Shown here piece after piece: positions 24,358-36,142 of a stretch of DNA of 64,000 bases; the first letter of the stretch is position 1; each line of letters begins with the position of its first letter. Under the pieces are notes generated by a model. It did no database searches. It worked only from the letters and a program-made list of their open reading frames with translations, and was not told where the DNA came from. The translations under genes were made by a program, and so were the position numbers. Origin of the DNA: Malacoraja senta (lineage: Eukaryota); contig JAXLNO010000213.1 of assembly GCA_038087875.1 (NCBI GenBank), forward strand, positions 372,001 to 436,000, in the 5' to 3' direction.

Positions 24358-26186
24358 AGGGGGTGGAGGTGCCAAATGGGATCATCAAGGACGGATTTAA
24401 AGGGAAAGAGAGTAAAGGGATAGTTAATGACCCCAGAATTAACGGGAAAGAAAGCTGACAAAGGGATAGGAGAGTATGGCTAAAAGTATTAGGGATCGAT
24501 GTGAAAGGTTAGATGCGTTAGGAATTAAACGTCTTGTATATGAATGCGCGAAGTATAAGAAGTAAAGTAGAAGAGTTTGAGGCTCAGTTAGAGGTTGGTA
24601 GATATGACATTGTGAGGATTACTGAGACGTGGATGCAGGAGGATCGAGCCTGGGAACTTAATATTCAGAGTTATACACCATATAGAAATGATAGGCAGGT
24701 GGGCAGAGGAGGGGGTAGCTCTGCTTGTGAGGGACGGAATTCGGTCCCTTGCAAAGGAAGACATAGGGACTGACGAGGCAGAGTCACTGTGGATTGAGTT
24801 GAGGAATTGTAAAGGCAAGAAGACACAAATTGGTGTTATCTACAGACCCCCAAATAGTTGCCCGGATGTAACGTGTCAGTTGCAGCAGGAGTTAAACCTG
24901 GCATATGACAAAGGTAATGCAACTGTGGTGATGGGGGATTCCAATATGCAGGTAGACTGGGAAATTCAGTTTGGTTCAGAACCCCAAGAAAGAGAGTTTG
25001 TAGAATGCCTCCGAGATGGATTCTTAGAGCAGTTTGTAATGAAGCCGACCAGAGAAAAGGAAATTCTGGATTTAGTGTTGTCTAATAAACCAGATTTGAT
25101 AAGAGAACTCGAGGTAAAGGAACCGCTTGGAGGCAGTGATCATAATATAATTAGTTTTAATCTGCAATTTGAGAAAGAGAAGGTTAAATCGGAAATGTCG
25201 GTGATGCAGTTGAACAAAGGGGACTATGAAAGCATGAGAGGAGAGCGGGCCAAGGTAGACTGGAAAGGGATGCTAGCAGGAATGACGGTGGAAAAGCAAT
25301 GGCAGGGATTTCTGGGCATAATCCGGAAGACGCAGGATCATTTCATTCCAAAAGGGAAGAAAGATTCTGAGGGTGAGTAGGAGACAACCGTGGCTTTCAA
25401 GAGAAGTTAGGGATAGAATAAAACTAAAAGAAAAGGTCTATGACACTGCAAAGAGTAGCCGGAAGTCAGAAGTTTGGGAAACTTTCATAGGACAACAGAA
25501 GGAAACAAAACGTGCAATACGGGCTGAAAAGATGAAGTACGAGGGGAAGCTGGCCAGGAATATAAGGAAGGACAGTAAAACTACCTCAGATATGTTAAGG
25601 GAAAAAGAGTAGCAAAGTCAAATGAAGACAGACACGGGTGAAATTATTATGGGGAACAAGGAAATGACAGAAGAGTTGAACAGGTACTTCGAATCTGTCT
25701 TCACTAAGGAAGACACAAGGAATCTCCCAGATGTAGTGGAGGACAGATCTAAGGGGTAGAGGAACTGAAATAAATGTTCATTAACCGAGAAATAGTATTG
25801 GGTAGGCTAATGCCACTGAAGGATGATAAATCCCCTGGGCCTGATGGTCTGCATCCCAGGATCCTCAGGGAGGTGGCTCTAGAAATAGTGGACGTATTGG
25901 TGATCATTTTTTAATGTTCAATAGACTCAGGGTCAGTTCCTGTGGATCGGAGGATAGCTAATGTTATCCCACAGAGGGCAGTGGATGCCAAATCCCTGGA
26001 TGGATTTAAGATGTAGTTAGATAGATTTCTGTGAGCTAGTGGAATCAAGGAATATGGGGAGAAGGCAGGCACGAGTGATTTATTGGGGACGATCAGCTAC
26101 GATCACAATGAATGGCGGTGCTGGCTCGAAGGGCCGAATGGCCTCCTCGTGCACCTATTTTCCATGTTTCTACGTATCTATGTTTC
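24358..26186 (+). mobile_element. Decayed CR1 LINE with endonuclease region and 3' tail; RT domain deleted
   Basis: MNARSI...ITETW, YRPP, SDHN across frameshifted ORFs (24534-25612). Jumps from ANVIP (~25970) straight to 3'-terminal sequence; ctatgtttc-type tail. Confidence 0.85.
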
Positions 26187-26369
26187 AAAGCTTGTCCCAT
26201 TTGTCAGCTTTTGAACTACATCTGTCCCAACACTTGTTCGCCATTTACCTTTCGGAATTAGTATGTTTTCGGAGTTGCTGCGGTAGCTGCTTCTACAATG
26301 GCATTTGACGAGGAGTCGTGTCTGCTTGGTGGGGCTGCGGGGTCTAGTGGAGTGGGACCTGTGTGTGGC

Positions 26370-26760
26370 GGAGGACCAGACGGTATCCGTGTAGAGGAGC
26401 AGGCGTGTCTGGCATGAGAGGCAGATGTAATTGAAGAGAGCCAGCCGTGTCTGGCAGAGGGACCGCCGTGTCAGGCAGAGGGACCGCCGTGTCTGGCCGA
26501 AGGCTAGGGTGTGTGGAGGAGAGGCAGACGTGTCTGGCGGAAGGGCAGACAAATGTGGAGGAGAGGCTGATGTGTCTGTCGGAAGGACAGACAACTGTGG
26601 AGGAGAGGCTGACGTGTCTGGCGGAGAGTCGGACGTGTCTGACTGCTAGGGATAATTATTCGGCGGTGGGGCACGTGTTTGACGGATGGGGAAGGTGTCT
26701 GGAGAAGGGGTCACTTGTCTGGCTGGATGACAGGCGTACCGTGTCTGGCGGGTGGGTATT
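26370..26760. repeat. Degenerate 21/39-bp tandem repeats (gtggaggagaggctgacgtgtctggcgg)
   Basis: Repeated cgtgtctgg cores visible. Origin unknown. Confidence 0.6.
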
Positions 26761-27049
26761 AGGAAAAAACTTCTACGACATATACAGCGTTGCTCCCGCA
26801 CCTCCATAATATCCCAGAGTGAAGGTTCCCCTGCGATCCGCCAATTCCTTCGTGGACACCTCTCGCCCCCCCCCCCCCCACTCCATCGCTCCGTGACTGA
26901 AGCGGCAGTGTGTCCAACGCGACGGGGCTTCCCCACCTGGGGACGGGACGGTGCTGCAGTCTTTTCCAAGCAGGTGATCGATTGAGAATGGGTTCACTCT
27001 CCCGATGGCAGCTGCTCTGGGACTGGCGATCGGCTACTGCTGAGTCCTG

Positions 27050-27200
27050 CAGTGTATTCCACCTTCAGGAACTATGCACAGTTATCCCTAGATCCCTCTG
27101 TTCAACTGCATTTCTCAATTCGCTACCATTTACCATGTACGTCCTATTTTGATTTATCCTGCCAAGATGTAGCACCTCACATTTATCAGCATTAAACTCA
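27050..27200 (-). mobile_element. Short CR1 RT fragment
   Basis: Minus strand reads FNADKCEVLHLGRINQNRTYMVNG...EQRDLG. Confidence 0.7.
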
Positions 27201-27339
27201 GCATCAGCACTTGATTCTCAATCGCGGGACGGGTTTTTAGGTTACACGTGGCCCTGGGCTCTGGTGTGTCAATGAAAGTTTCAGGATCCTGGGATGTCGA
27301 TAAAACAGAGCCCTGGGACGACGAGGTGTGGACCAGACT

Positions 27340-28132
27340 GAGACCCGGGCCGGAGATTTGTGGATTACACAGGGGTTGTGTCCCGGGTCGGCGGGTGTGG
27401 GTCACAGAGGATCCTTAGACGGGCGGTGGGTGTGGATAACACAGTGTCCTGTGCGGAGGATGTGGATTAGACATTGTCCTGGACGGAGGATGAGGATAAA
27501 GCAGTGTCGTGGGCGGTGGATGTGGAATACACAGTGTCGTGGGCGAGGGATGTGGATTACACAGTGTCGTGGGCGGGGGATGTGGATTACACAGTGTACT
27601 GGGCGGGCGGGGTTGTGGATTACACAGTGTCCTGGGCGGGGGATGTGGATTACACAGTGTCCTGGGCGGGGGATGTGGATTACACAGTGTCCTGGGCGGG
27701 CGGGGGATGTGGATTACACAGTGTCCTGGGCGGGCGGGGTATGAGGATTACACAGAGTCCTGGGCGGGCGGGGGATGTGGATTACACAGTGTCGTGGGCG
27801 GGGGATGTGGATTACACAGTGTTCAGGGCGGGGGATGTGGATTACGCAGTGTCGTGGGCGGGGGATATGGATTGCACAGTGCCCAGGGCGGGGGTTGTGG
27901 ATTACACAATGTCGTGGGCGGGGGATGTGGATTACACAGTGTCGTGGGCGGGGGATATGGATTACACAGTGTCCAGGGCGGGGGATGTGGATTACACAAT
28001 GTCGTGGGCGGGCGGAGGATGTGGATTACATAGTGTCCTGGGCGGGCGGGGGATGTGGATTACACAGTGTCCTGGGCGGGCGGAGGATGTGGATTACACA
28101 GTGTCCTGGGCGGGCGGGGGATGTGGAATACA
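27340..28132. repeat. 26/30-bp G-rich minisatellite (gggcgggggatgtggattacacagtgtcct)
   Basis: More than 20 visible tandem units. Confidence 0.95.
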
Positions 28133-28709
28133 CCCCAGCTCAGACAGAAGTGCGTCTAACCAAGCCGGACGAAGCGCCTCAAACGTCCCTGCGGGATCTT
28201 TCTGCCGAAGCACTGGCACATTTGGTTCACTCCTGCCCCGTGAAGCCGAGATGCCTTGCCCCAAGCTCCCTTATAAGCATGCACCCTATTGTTCACTGCC
28301 CGCTCTAATTTCAATGTAAAGTGTCAGATGTCCGTCCAAGCATTCTTAACACTCGTTTCATACTTTAATCTTTATTATTAAACAAAACAGATTTACGTGA
28401 CTGTGAAGCGATCCGAGTGGAGGGAAAATACAAGATTGGAGGTAAATAGGAGCTGCTCCATCCTGCCCGCCTGTCGACACGGTCTTTGTCTGTCTTTGCA
28501 GTTATCAGCTATTCTGCTTAACAGTTCCCCTTAGCCATCATCTGTCCAATATGCCACAATTTTCACCCTCAAGATATCAAATGCTATGGCCTCCCCCATG
28601 CATAGTCATGTCTCAAAATAAAATCACCTCCGGATCGAATTCATCTCCATCTGCGCTGTTGCGGGTAAGCAGTCACCAGAATAAAGGACTATATTCATTT
28701 CACCAGTTC

Positions 28710-30560
28710 TCAAGATCATGAGTTATAGGAGTAGAATTGGGCCATTCGTCCCATTTAGTCTATTCCGGCATTCAATCGTGGCTGATCTCTACCTCCTGAC
28801 CCCATTTTCCTGCCTCCTCCCCATAACCATTCACACCCGTTCTAATCAAGAATTTGTCTATCGCTGCCTTTAAAATATCCATTAACTTCCTTTCCACACC
28901 CACACTGCCTATGCCGTTCATTGTTCTGTAAGTTTCAATGAGGTTCCCCTCTCAACCTTCTAATCTCATACGAGTACATGCCCAGTGCTGTCAAACGCGT
29001 ACCATGTGCTAACCCACTCATTCCTGGAATAATTCCTGTAAACCTCCTATGGACCCTCTCCAGAGCCAGGACATCCTTCCTCAGATGTTCTGCACACATT
29101 TTCTCACATTACTCCAAATGTGGGCCTGACCAGGGCCTTATGGATCCTCAGCATTACATCTCTGTTTTTGTATTCCAGTCCTCTTGGAATTTGCTTTCCT
29201 TGCAAATGTACTTTTTGAGAGTCCCACACCAACACTGCAAGTCCCTTTGCACCTCCGATTTCTGGATTCTCTCTCCATTTAGAAAGTAATCTATGCCTTT
29301 ATTATTTTTACCAAAATGCATGACTCCGCACTCAGCTGTATTGAATATCATCTGCCCACTCTCCCAACCTGTCCACGTTCTTGTGCGGAGTCCTTACTTC
29401 CACTGCACTGCCTGCCCCTCCAACAAGCTTAGCGTCATCTGCACACTTGGCCACAAAGATTTCAATCCACTTAGCCAAATCATTAATATACAACGTGAAG
29501 AAAAGCGGCCCCAGCAGTGACACTTGCAGAACTCCACTAGTCACAGGCTGACAACCTGAATAAGCGCTTTTATTGCAACTCTTTGCCTTCTGCCATCCAG
29601 CCGACCCGCTATCCTTGCTAGTATCTTCCCTTCAGTACCATGGGATCTCATCTTCCCGAGCAGCCTGACGTGCGCACCAGTTCGAAGGCCTTCTGAAAAT
29701 CTATGTAATCTACATTTACAACCAACCTTCTGGCTGTCCCGCTATCAACTTCCTCAAAGAACTACAGCGGATTCGTCAGGCAAGATCTTCCCTTCACAAA
29801 ACCATCCTGATTCGGCCCATTTCATCGTGAACTTCGAAGTAACCTCATCCTTTATAATTGACTCTATAATCTTATCTACCGTCGAAGTCAGGCTTACCGG
29901 CCTAGAGTTCCCGCTCTTCTACTCTGCTCCCTCCTTGTTCAGCGGTTTGATATTCGCAATTTTCCAATCTGCAGGAACTACTCCTAACTCTAGAAATATC
30001 ACAACAATTCTAGAAATATCACAACAGATGCCTCCACAATCTCCGAGCCCACCTCCTTCAGAACCCTGGGGTGCAGTCCTCGCACATTCTGCTAAGTAAT
30101 CACTACTCCGCTAACTTCCTCCCCTGACTCTCTGGGATTGCAGGCACTTCCTGGTGTCTTTCACAGTGAATACTAATGCAAAAACGTTATTCAATTCCTC
30201 TGCCATTTCTTGACTTCCCGTTATCTTTCCCCCCGCATCATTCTCCAGCGGCCCAACGTCCAAACTTGCCTCTTGTTTACTCTTTATATATCCTTAGATA
30301 CTCTTGCTATCATCTTTTATATTAAGAGAGAGTTGCATATAGCGCTTAGGGCTAACGGAATAAAGTGATATGTGCAGAAAGCAGGAACGGGGTATTGATT
30401 CTGGATGAAACGCCATGATCATATTGAATGGCGGTGCTGCCTCAAGGGGCCCAATAGCCTATCCTGCGTCTATTTTCTATGTCTCTATTGGCTAGCTTAC
30501 ATTTGTACTTCATCTTTCCTCTCCGCATTTAGACGAACGGTCCTTTTATAAGCGAAGAAT
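28710..30560 (-). mobile_element. Old decayed CR1 LINE, with a plus-strand CR1 3' end nested at ~30330-30488
   Basis: LLGPLFFTLYINDL...CADD (29332-29544) and QSEVQRDL-like segments; 3'UTR-like sequence at ~28710-28830. Confidence 0.75.
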
Positions 30561-30654
30561 ATAGCTCAGATCTCCCAAATGACACCATCGCTGACAGAGC
30601 ACGTATTTCAGCTGCTTTTCTTCAGTAACTATCATGCATCAGCACCAGAACCCA

Positions 30655-31085
30655 GGAAACAGCACACATTCTCGACTGGATCCTCGACTTTCTGACCGAC
30701 AGTGAGGATAGGTGTCAATACCTGCTGTGCATAAAATAAACGTTACCATTGGTTCGCCTGAGCGACGTGTTCTCTGTCCCCTGCAATATTCCCTAGACGC
30801 TCATGACTTGCGAGCAAGTTCGACTCGAGCCCCATCTATAAATTTGCAGATGAAGCCAATGTGGCGGGCATGTTCAAGAACAATGACGAGACTAAATACA
30901 GGTGGGAGATAGGGAAGTTGAAACATGGCTCCAGGACAAAAACCTCGCCCTGAATACACGCAAGACTGAGGTGTTGATTATCAACTCCAGGAAGTATACT
31001 GGAGTACCTGCCCAAATCAGCATCAATTGTGCAGAATAGTAAATGGTTGAGACATTCATGTTCCTTGGAGATAGTATTACCAATG
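30655..31085 (+). mobile_element. Decayed Rex1-like RT fragment
   Basis: WILDFLT, VLCPLQYSLDAHD (resembles VLSPLLYSLYTHD) and KFADE remnants. Confidence 0.6.
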
Positions 31086-32678
31086 GTCTTCGTTTGATGT
31101 GATTGCATGTATGCATTGTTCACCTGTTTTCTTTCAATAACATGGAAAACAAACATTTTCGGTTTAGCGTGGTACACGTACTAATAATAAACATTAATCT
31201 GCATTCCGCATTATGGTATATTTTTCTTTGCACTGCCTGCTGCACATATACATAACGTATAGAAATGTACAGCACAGGAAAAAGCATTTCGGCCCGTAAC
31301 GTCTGGGCCGATCATGATTAATTAATGAAGTTAAATGAATGTCATCTGCTTACACATGATGCATATCCCTCAAGTCTTTGCTAACATCCTCCACCAACAA
31401 CATTGGAAGCGCGGCCAGGCATCTGCCACCCTCTGTGTGAAGAAACGTGCCCCACACATTTCAGTTGAACTGATCTCTCTTACGTCAAAGCCATGCCTTC
31501 TAGCCTTTGTATTTTCATCAATATGCTAAAACTTTAACGCCCTCTCCAAATCCTTCGCACCCTGCAGCGGAGAGCAGATGGGTCAGTGGGTCAGGCAGCA
31601 TTTGCGGTGGGGATAGACAGACGTTGTTTCCTGATAGGTGCTTTCCCCAGACCTCTTCGTGGTCCCGACACAAAACGCCGTCTGTCCATTCCCTGCACAG
31701 ATGCAGCCCGAAGCGCGGATTTCCTCCATCCATTTGTGTTTTCCTCGCATTGGTTATTCCGCTTCAGATTAGCTACAGCAACTATAACGCAGTCAGATAT
31801 AGTGAGATATGCAACCGTGCAAATGAAGCATAAGACGGAATAGGAGGGAACGACATATGACACAGCGCAGCAGTAGAAAAAGGGAAGGACAAGACATAAA
31901 ACGATAGATGGAATATAGTCTAAGATTCCCTGTCAGGATTTCAACATGCTTCTCCTGTCGCTCTCCGTTGGCGGAGACAAGCCCACAATAATTTATGACA
32001 CTTTCCACTGTGAACTTTCAAATGACGGAGCACGCGGATATTTACTTTGATTCGTTCATGCGCTCGTGATTGCCGCCCAGTTCTGTTTCCTGCGGGTCAA
32101 TAACAGTCAGCAGATCAGAGTATCACTAATGTGTAGAACACCATCCGGTTTTTAATAATTTCGCTACCTCCCATTTAATATATAATTCCAAATTATTCGT
32201 CAGGATGTCGTGCTTCAAATTAGCTCGTAATTCCACACTGTATTATTTATGGTGTTGCTATGGAACAAGTCCAAGATCCGCAACCTCACACCCCAGTCCC
32301 CTTCCCCCCTTTGGACCATGTCCCCCGCTTCTCAGGTTAAGTCCCACATCCAGCAGACGTTCGGTAGTGAAACAGTCACGATATTTAAAAAAAAAAAAGA
32401 TTGTACGGGTGCATTTAAAGGAATGGTTAAAATGTATGTGAAAGAATCGCAGTGAAAACAAACTCGCGTTGACGGGGCATCGCGGTTAGCGTGGATGAGT
32501 TGAGCCAAATAACTAGATTCAATGCAGTAAGGCTCTGTGAATTGGATTGGTGATTCAAATGGCCATTATACCCTGTTCTATGAAAGTATGTGCGCAATAG
32601 AAATTTGGGCAGTTGAGTGAGAATATTGGGAGATCAAACTGGGATGAGATCAAATGTATGTTGAGCTATCGGCATGGA

Positions 32679-33613
32679 TCAAGTAGCCTGCTTCTGTAAT
32701 GTATGGGCCCACGAACAAACAAGTGCACGGATTCTTCTCAGTGGGAATTTAATCGCGTTCATCAGCTCCTGTCTGAATTTACTCTGGGTCACCACGTAAA
32801 TACACGTGTTGGTGCAGGAACTGAGCAGCTGCAGGAACATCGACGTGACACGCGTGATATAGTAATAACCGGTGGGGGAGCCGTCATATCCGGTCTTCGC
32901 AATTCTGGTAAAGATGTAAAAGACAGCTTGTGTTGCCCACAGCAATATGAAAGTGCCCGTGATACTAAAGAGTAAAACAATTGATTTCCTGCGGTTCTCC
33001 ATCTCCGTGTCCTTGTCATTCTCTCCCTTGCTGCGGCCCCGGAGCCCCCTGCGGACTCTGCTGGCCGCTACAATCCACCTGACCGTCAGCACATTGAGCA
33101 GAAGAATCAGAAAGAACGGGACACAAGGGGTTAGAATGCGATTTGTGACATCATATGCTATCCATGCAGACGACGTATAGAAGGTGCGTTTTTCGATGCA
33201 AAGCCAGGGAAGATTATCAAACACGATGCCAGGTACGAACGTAAAACACCGGGGGACGTTCTCTAAACAGCCCAGCACACCCACTGCCCCGATAATCACA
33301 GCCGCCGTTCTCTCAGTGCAATATCTTGTTTTCAGCTTCTCACAACAAATAGCCACAAACCGATCGAAGGTGAAGGCGACCGTCAGCCAGACAGAGACCG
33401 CGGTGGTTGTAAAGACCAGGAATGAGATAGTCGCGCACACGGGAGTAATGTTCAGAAAAGATTCCGGGAAGTGAACTAGAATAGTCTGACGTAGAAACGG
33501 GTCAGTGATGCCGACCAGAAGATCAGACGCTGCCATGGCCACCAGGTAGAGAGTGATGCATTTGGAGAGACCGCATTTACCTCGACAGAGAATCACAATC
33601 GCCAGCAAGTTCA
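32679..33613 (-). CDS. GPCR gene B, coding exon 2; GPR139/GPR142-like class A 7TM receptor (spliced product 334 aa)
   Basis: Acceptor tcttctctctctcacag| ends at 33614. Motifs RGKCGLSKC, YLVAMAASDLL, FTFDRF, RRKSIVLLFSITGTFILLW, SSCTNTCIY, QSKFRQEL. Open to TGA at 32681-32679. Confidence 0.92.
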
Positions 33614-34309
33614 CTGTGAGAGAGAGAAGAGATATCACTGACACGAGACCCGCATAAAAGTATCTGAGTAACATTGTCTGATTGGAATGTTTACAAAGTT
33701 GGATGCGTTGACCAAATGACCTTTAGCCCCGACAGAGTTCAGAGAGTGCAGCCTTTGAACCGCGGTGTTCACGCAACTCATCAAACACCGATGTATATTA
33801 CATTGTATGGTACACAGCTTTTAATTCTCCCCACATTCTTATCAACTGTCTCCCAGATTGCAGCATCCATCTACACAAAGTCTCGTATACAGTAGTTACA
33901 GAAACCACTAATAGGCAGCAGCTCAATTGCATGTGGGAGGAAACAAGAGCGCAGCCAGGAGTAGCGCGGCGTCGGAGGACGAACGATGAAACATTGCACA
34001 AATAGCACGGGAGGTAGAGAATGAACCTGCGTCTCCGGAACTGTGCGACACCTGCAGTGCTGACTGTGGCACGGTAGCGAGGATGTACAGATACATCTGC
34101 GGATATTAATTCGAATTTACAGATCGTCCAAAGGAGAGGATGTCAAGATACAAAACTTTAACAGACATAACATTACGTGACAGCATTTGTTTACAATTCA
34201 ATTTACACATAGTGAAATCGTGACACTTTCATAGAGTCAGAGCCCAGTACGTGACATTCACTTGCTTTCTCTAATGAGCTGTAGAATTACAGGTCTCAAA
34301 TTTGATAAT

Positions 34310-35060
34310 AGTTCTTGGTTTCTTGGTTCTCCAAAATATTACAAATGGAATTTAAACTGGAGTTGGTGTTAGGGAGGACTTAAGCCAGAAAGGGTTTTTG
34401 GGAAGAAAGCGCTACCTTAAATTTAGTTGCATCTGGTTGGGTAACTATGGTAGGGTGAAGATTATTCCATGCTTTAATTGTGTGGGGGAAGAACGAATTG
34501 CTGTACACATTTGTCTTGGTAGTTGGAATCACAAATTGGATGGAATGCCCTCATCTGCTCCTAATTGGTTTGGGTTTGGTGTAGGTCTTGGAATATATGA
34601 CGGGCTGACAATTTAACATTTTGTAAAAGCAGGTCAAACGGTGAGCTTCACGTCTGTCTTGGAGAGGGTTCCACCCCAGAGAATTTAGAAGTTTGGTAAC
34701 ACTCGCTTATCTCTCATAGGTGTTAGTAACATATCGAGCTGCCTGTCTATGGGCACGTTCGATGGAAGAAATGCTGCAACAGCGTAGTCCAAATGAGGTC
34801 TAACGAGGGTGAAGTGTAGCTTCTCCTTGACAGAAGTTGAACAATTATGAAAGTTGCTTCACGTAGCGACGGTTGAAGAAAATATATCGATTATATATTC
34901 AATTTAGCAGGGTTGTCCGATTGGGAACAGATGTAATTTCACTAACTGGTTTCAGACTATCCATGGAAGGAGCCCAAGATGCCATCTCCCAGCTCCTGGT
35001 CAACATATATCCAATCTCAGAGTCTCCTAACTGGAAGAAGGACACTCCTGCAACTATTGT
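34310..35060 (-). mobile_element. Decayed LINE 3' fragment (CR1/L2 group) in the gene B intron
   Basis: Minus strand reads CSTSVKEKLHFTLVRPHLDYAVAA; accaagaa-type tail. The same family's 3' end occurs at ~51295-51705. Confidence 0.6.
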
Positions 35061-35338
35061 CTATTGTCTACTGTCTATCGTAATTATCTGATACCTGCTC
35101 TCTGGTCAGGGCTCCGGCCAACGCATTCAGTACAGAGAGTGATACAGGCCACGATAAACAACGCGCATGACGTACACATTACGGTAGTTACAGTAGGTAA
35201 ATGGATGCCTGACCAAATTAAACAAGTGAATTATTGAAACAGACAAAAACATGTTTGTTTAACCACGGCAGCGGCGGAGAACACGGAATGTCTCCCAGCT
35301 AATGCACGTACATGAAAATCAAAGACCAAACAAAGTAC

Positions 35339-35408
35339 CGGAAACAGCGACAACCGCTATTACAGGGTAATATATATCTTCAATTCGATAGATCAACGGA
35401 TATCCCAT
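35339..35408 (-). CDS. GPCR gene B, coding exon 1
   Basis: ATG at 35408-35406 reads MGYPLIYRIEDIYYPVIAVVAVS plus G, then a GT donor (gtactt, from 35338). 70 nt gives phase 1. Same IYYP motif and same intron position as gene A. Joins exon 2 as V-N-L-L-A-I-V. Confidence 0.85.
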
Positions 35409-36142
35409 AGCTGGAAGACACAATTAACTCATGTGGCTCCGTCAGTCCGTCAACGCTGCAACTCCGTGGCGATGCGTTTTGGTGGGCACCAAGATATATA
35501 GAGCGATAGGTCTCCAGCGACATGACCTCATACCTGCTGATTGTCATTAGTGACACTCACGGAACAAACACCTTGCATCACAGCCGCTGAATCAATCCAC
35601 CACGGGGGATTACAAGCAAATAATTGAAGGATTGACAAAAAAAACACAAAAGAGTCGCTGAACTCTGAGTTCTGAATAACGGCCCCGATCCGAAACGTCA
35701 CCTGTACATGTTCACAAAAATCGTTGCACGATCCCTTGAGTTAATCCAGCACTTTACTTCGATGAAAATAAGAATTAATGTTTTCCAATGAAAGAATGGT
35801 CCATGGCACTGTGATGTTTCATTTAATGTTGGTGTGATTTCGATGAATTTCTTTAGGGCTCCAGACTGAAATATAAATGTATCTAAACTACCAGCACTTA
35901 ATCTTCCGATACATGCAAGCCAATCTCCCACTGCAACTTTCCATATTTTATTGCGAAAATAAAGCATTATTTATTTCTGGCGAAGGTGCAATAGGGTCAA
36001 TAGACAATAGAGAATAGATAATATGTGCAGGAGTAGGCCATTTGGCCCATCGAGCCAGCACTGCCTTTAAATGTAATCATGGCTGATCATCCCCAATCAG
36101 TACCCCGTTCCTGCCTTCTCCCCATGTCCCCAGACTCTTCTA

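Noticed and set aside
27328..28319. Repetitive ORFs and a CRISPR-like periodic pattern
   Set aside because: Contiguous tandem units with no unique spacers and no cas genes in a eukaryotic context; it is a minisatellite.
34310..34490. Similarity to 51295-51705 as evidence of a third GPCR intron remnant
   Set aside because: The shared sequence is best explained as the 3' end and tail of one LINE family; no unique flank is shared and no GPCR exon is nearby.
35672..35700. Active hammerhead ribozyme
   Set aside because: The core reads CUGAAUA rather than CUGANGA and stem II is disrupted; reported only as a decayed relic.
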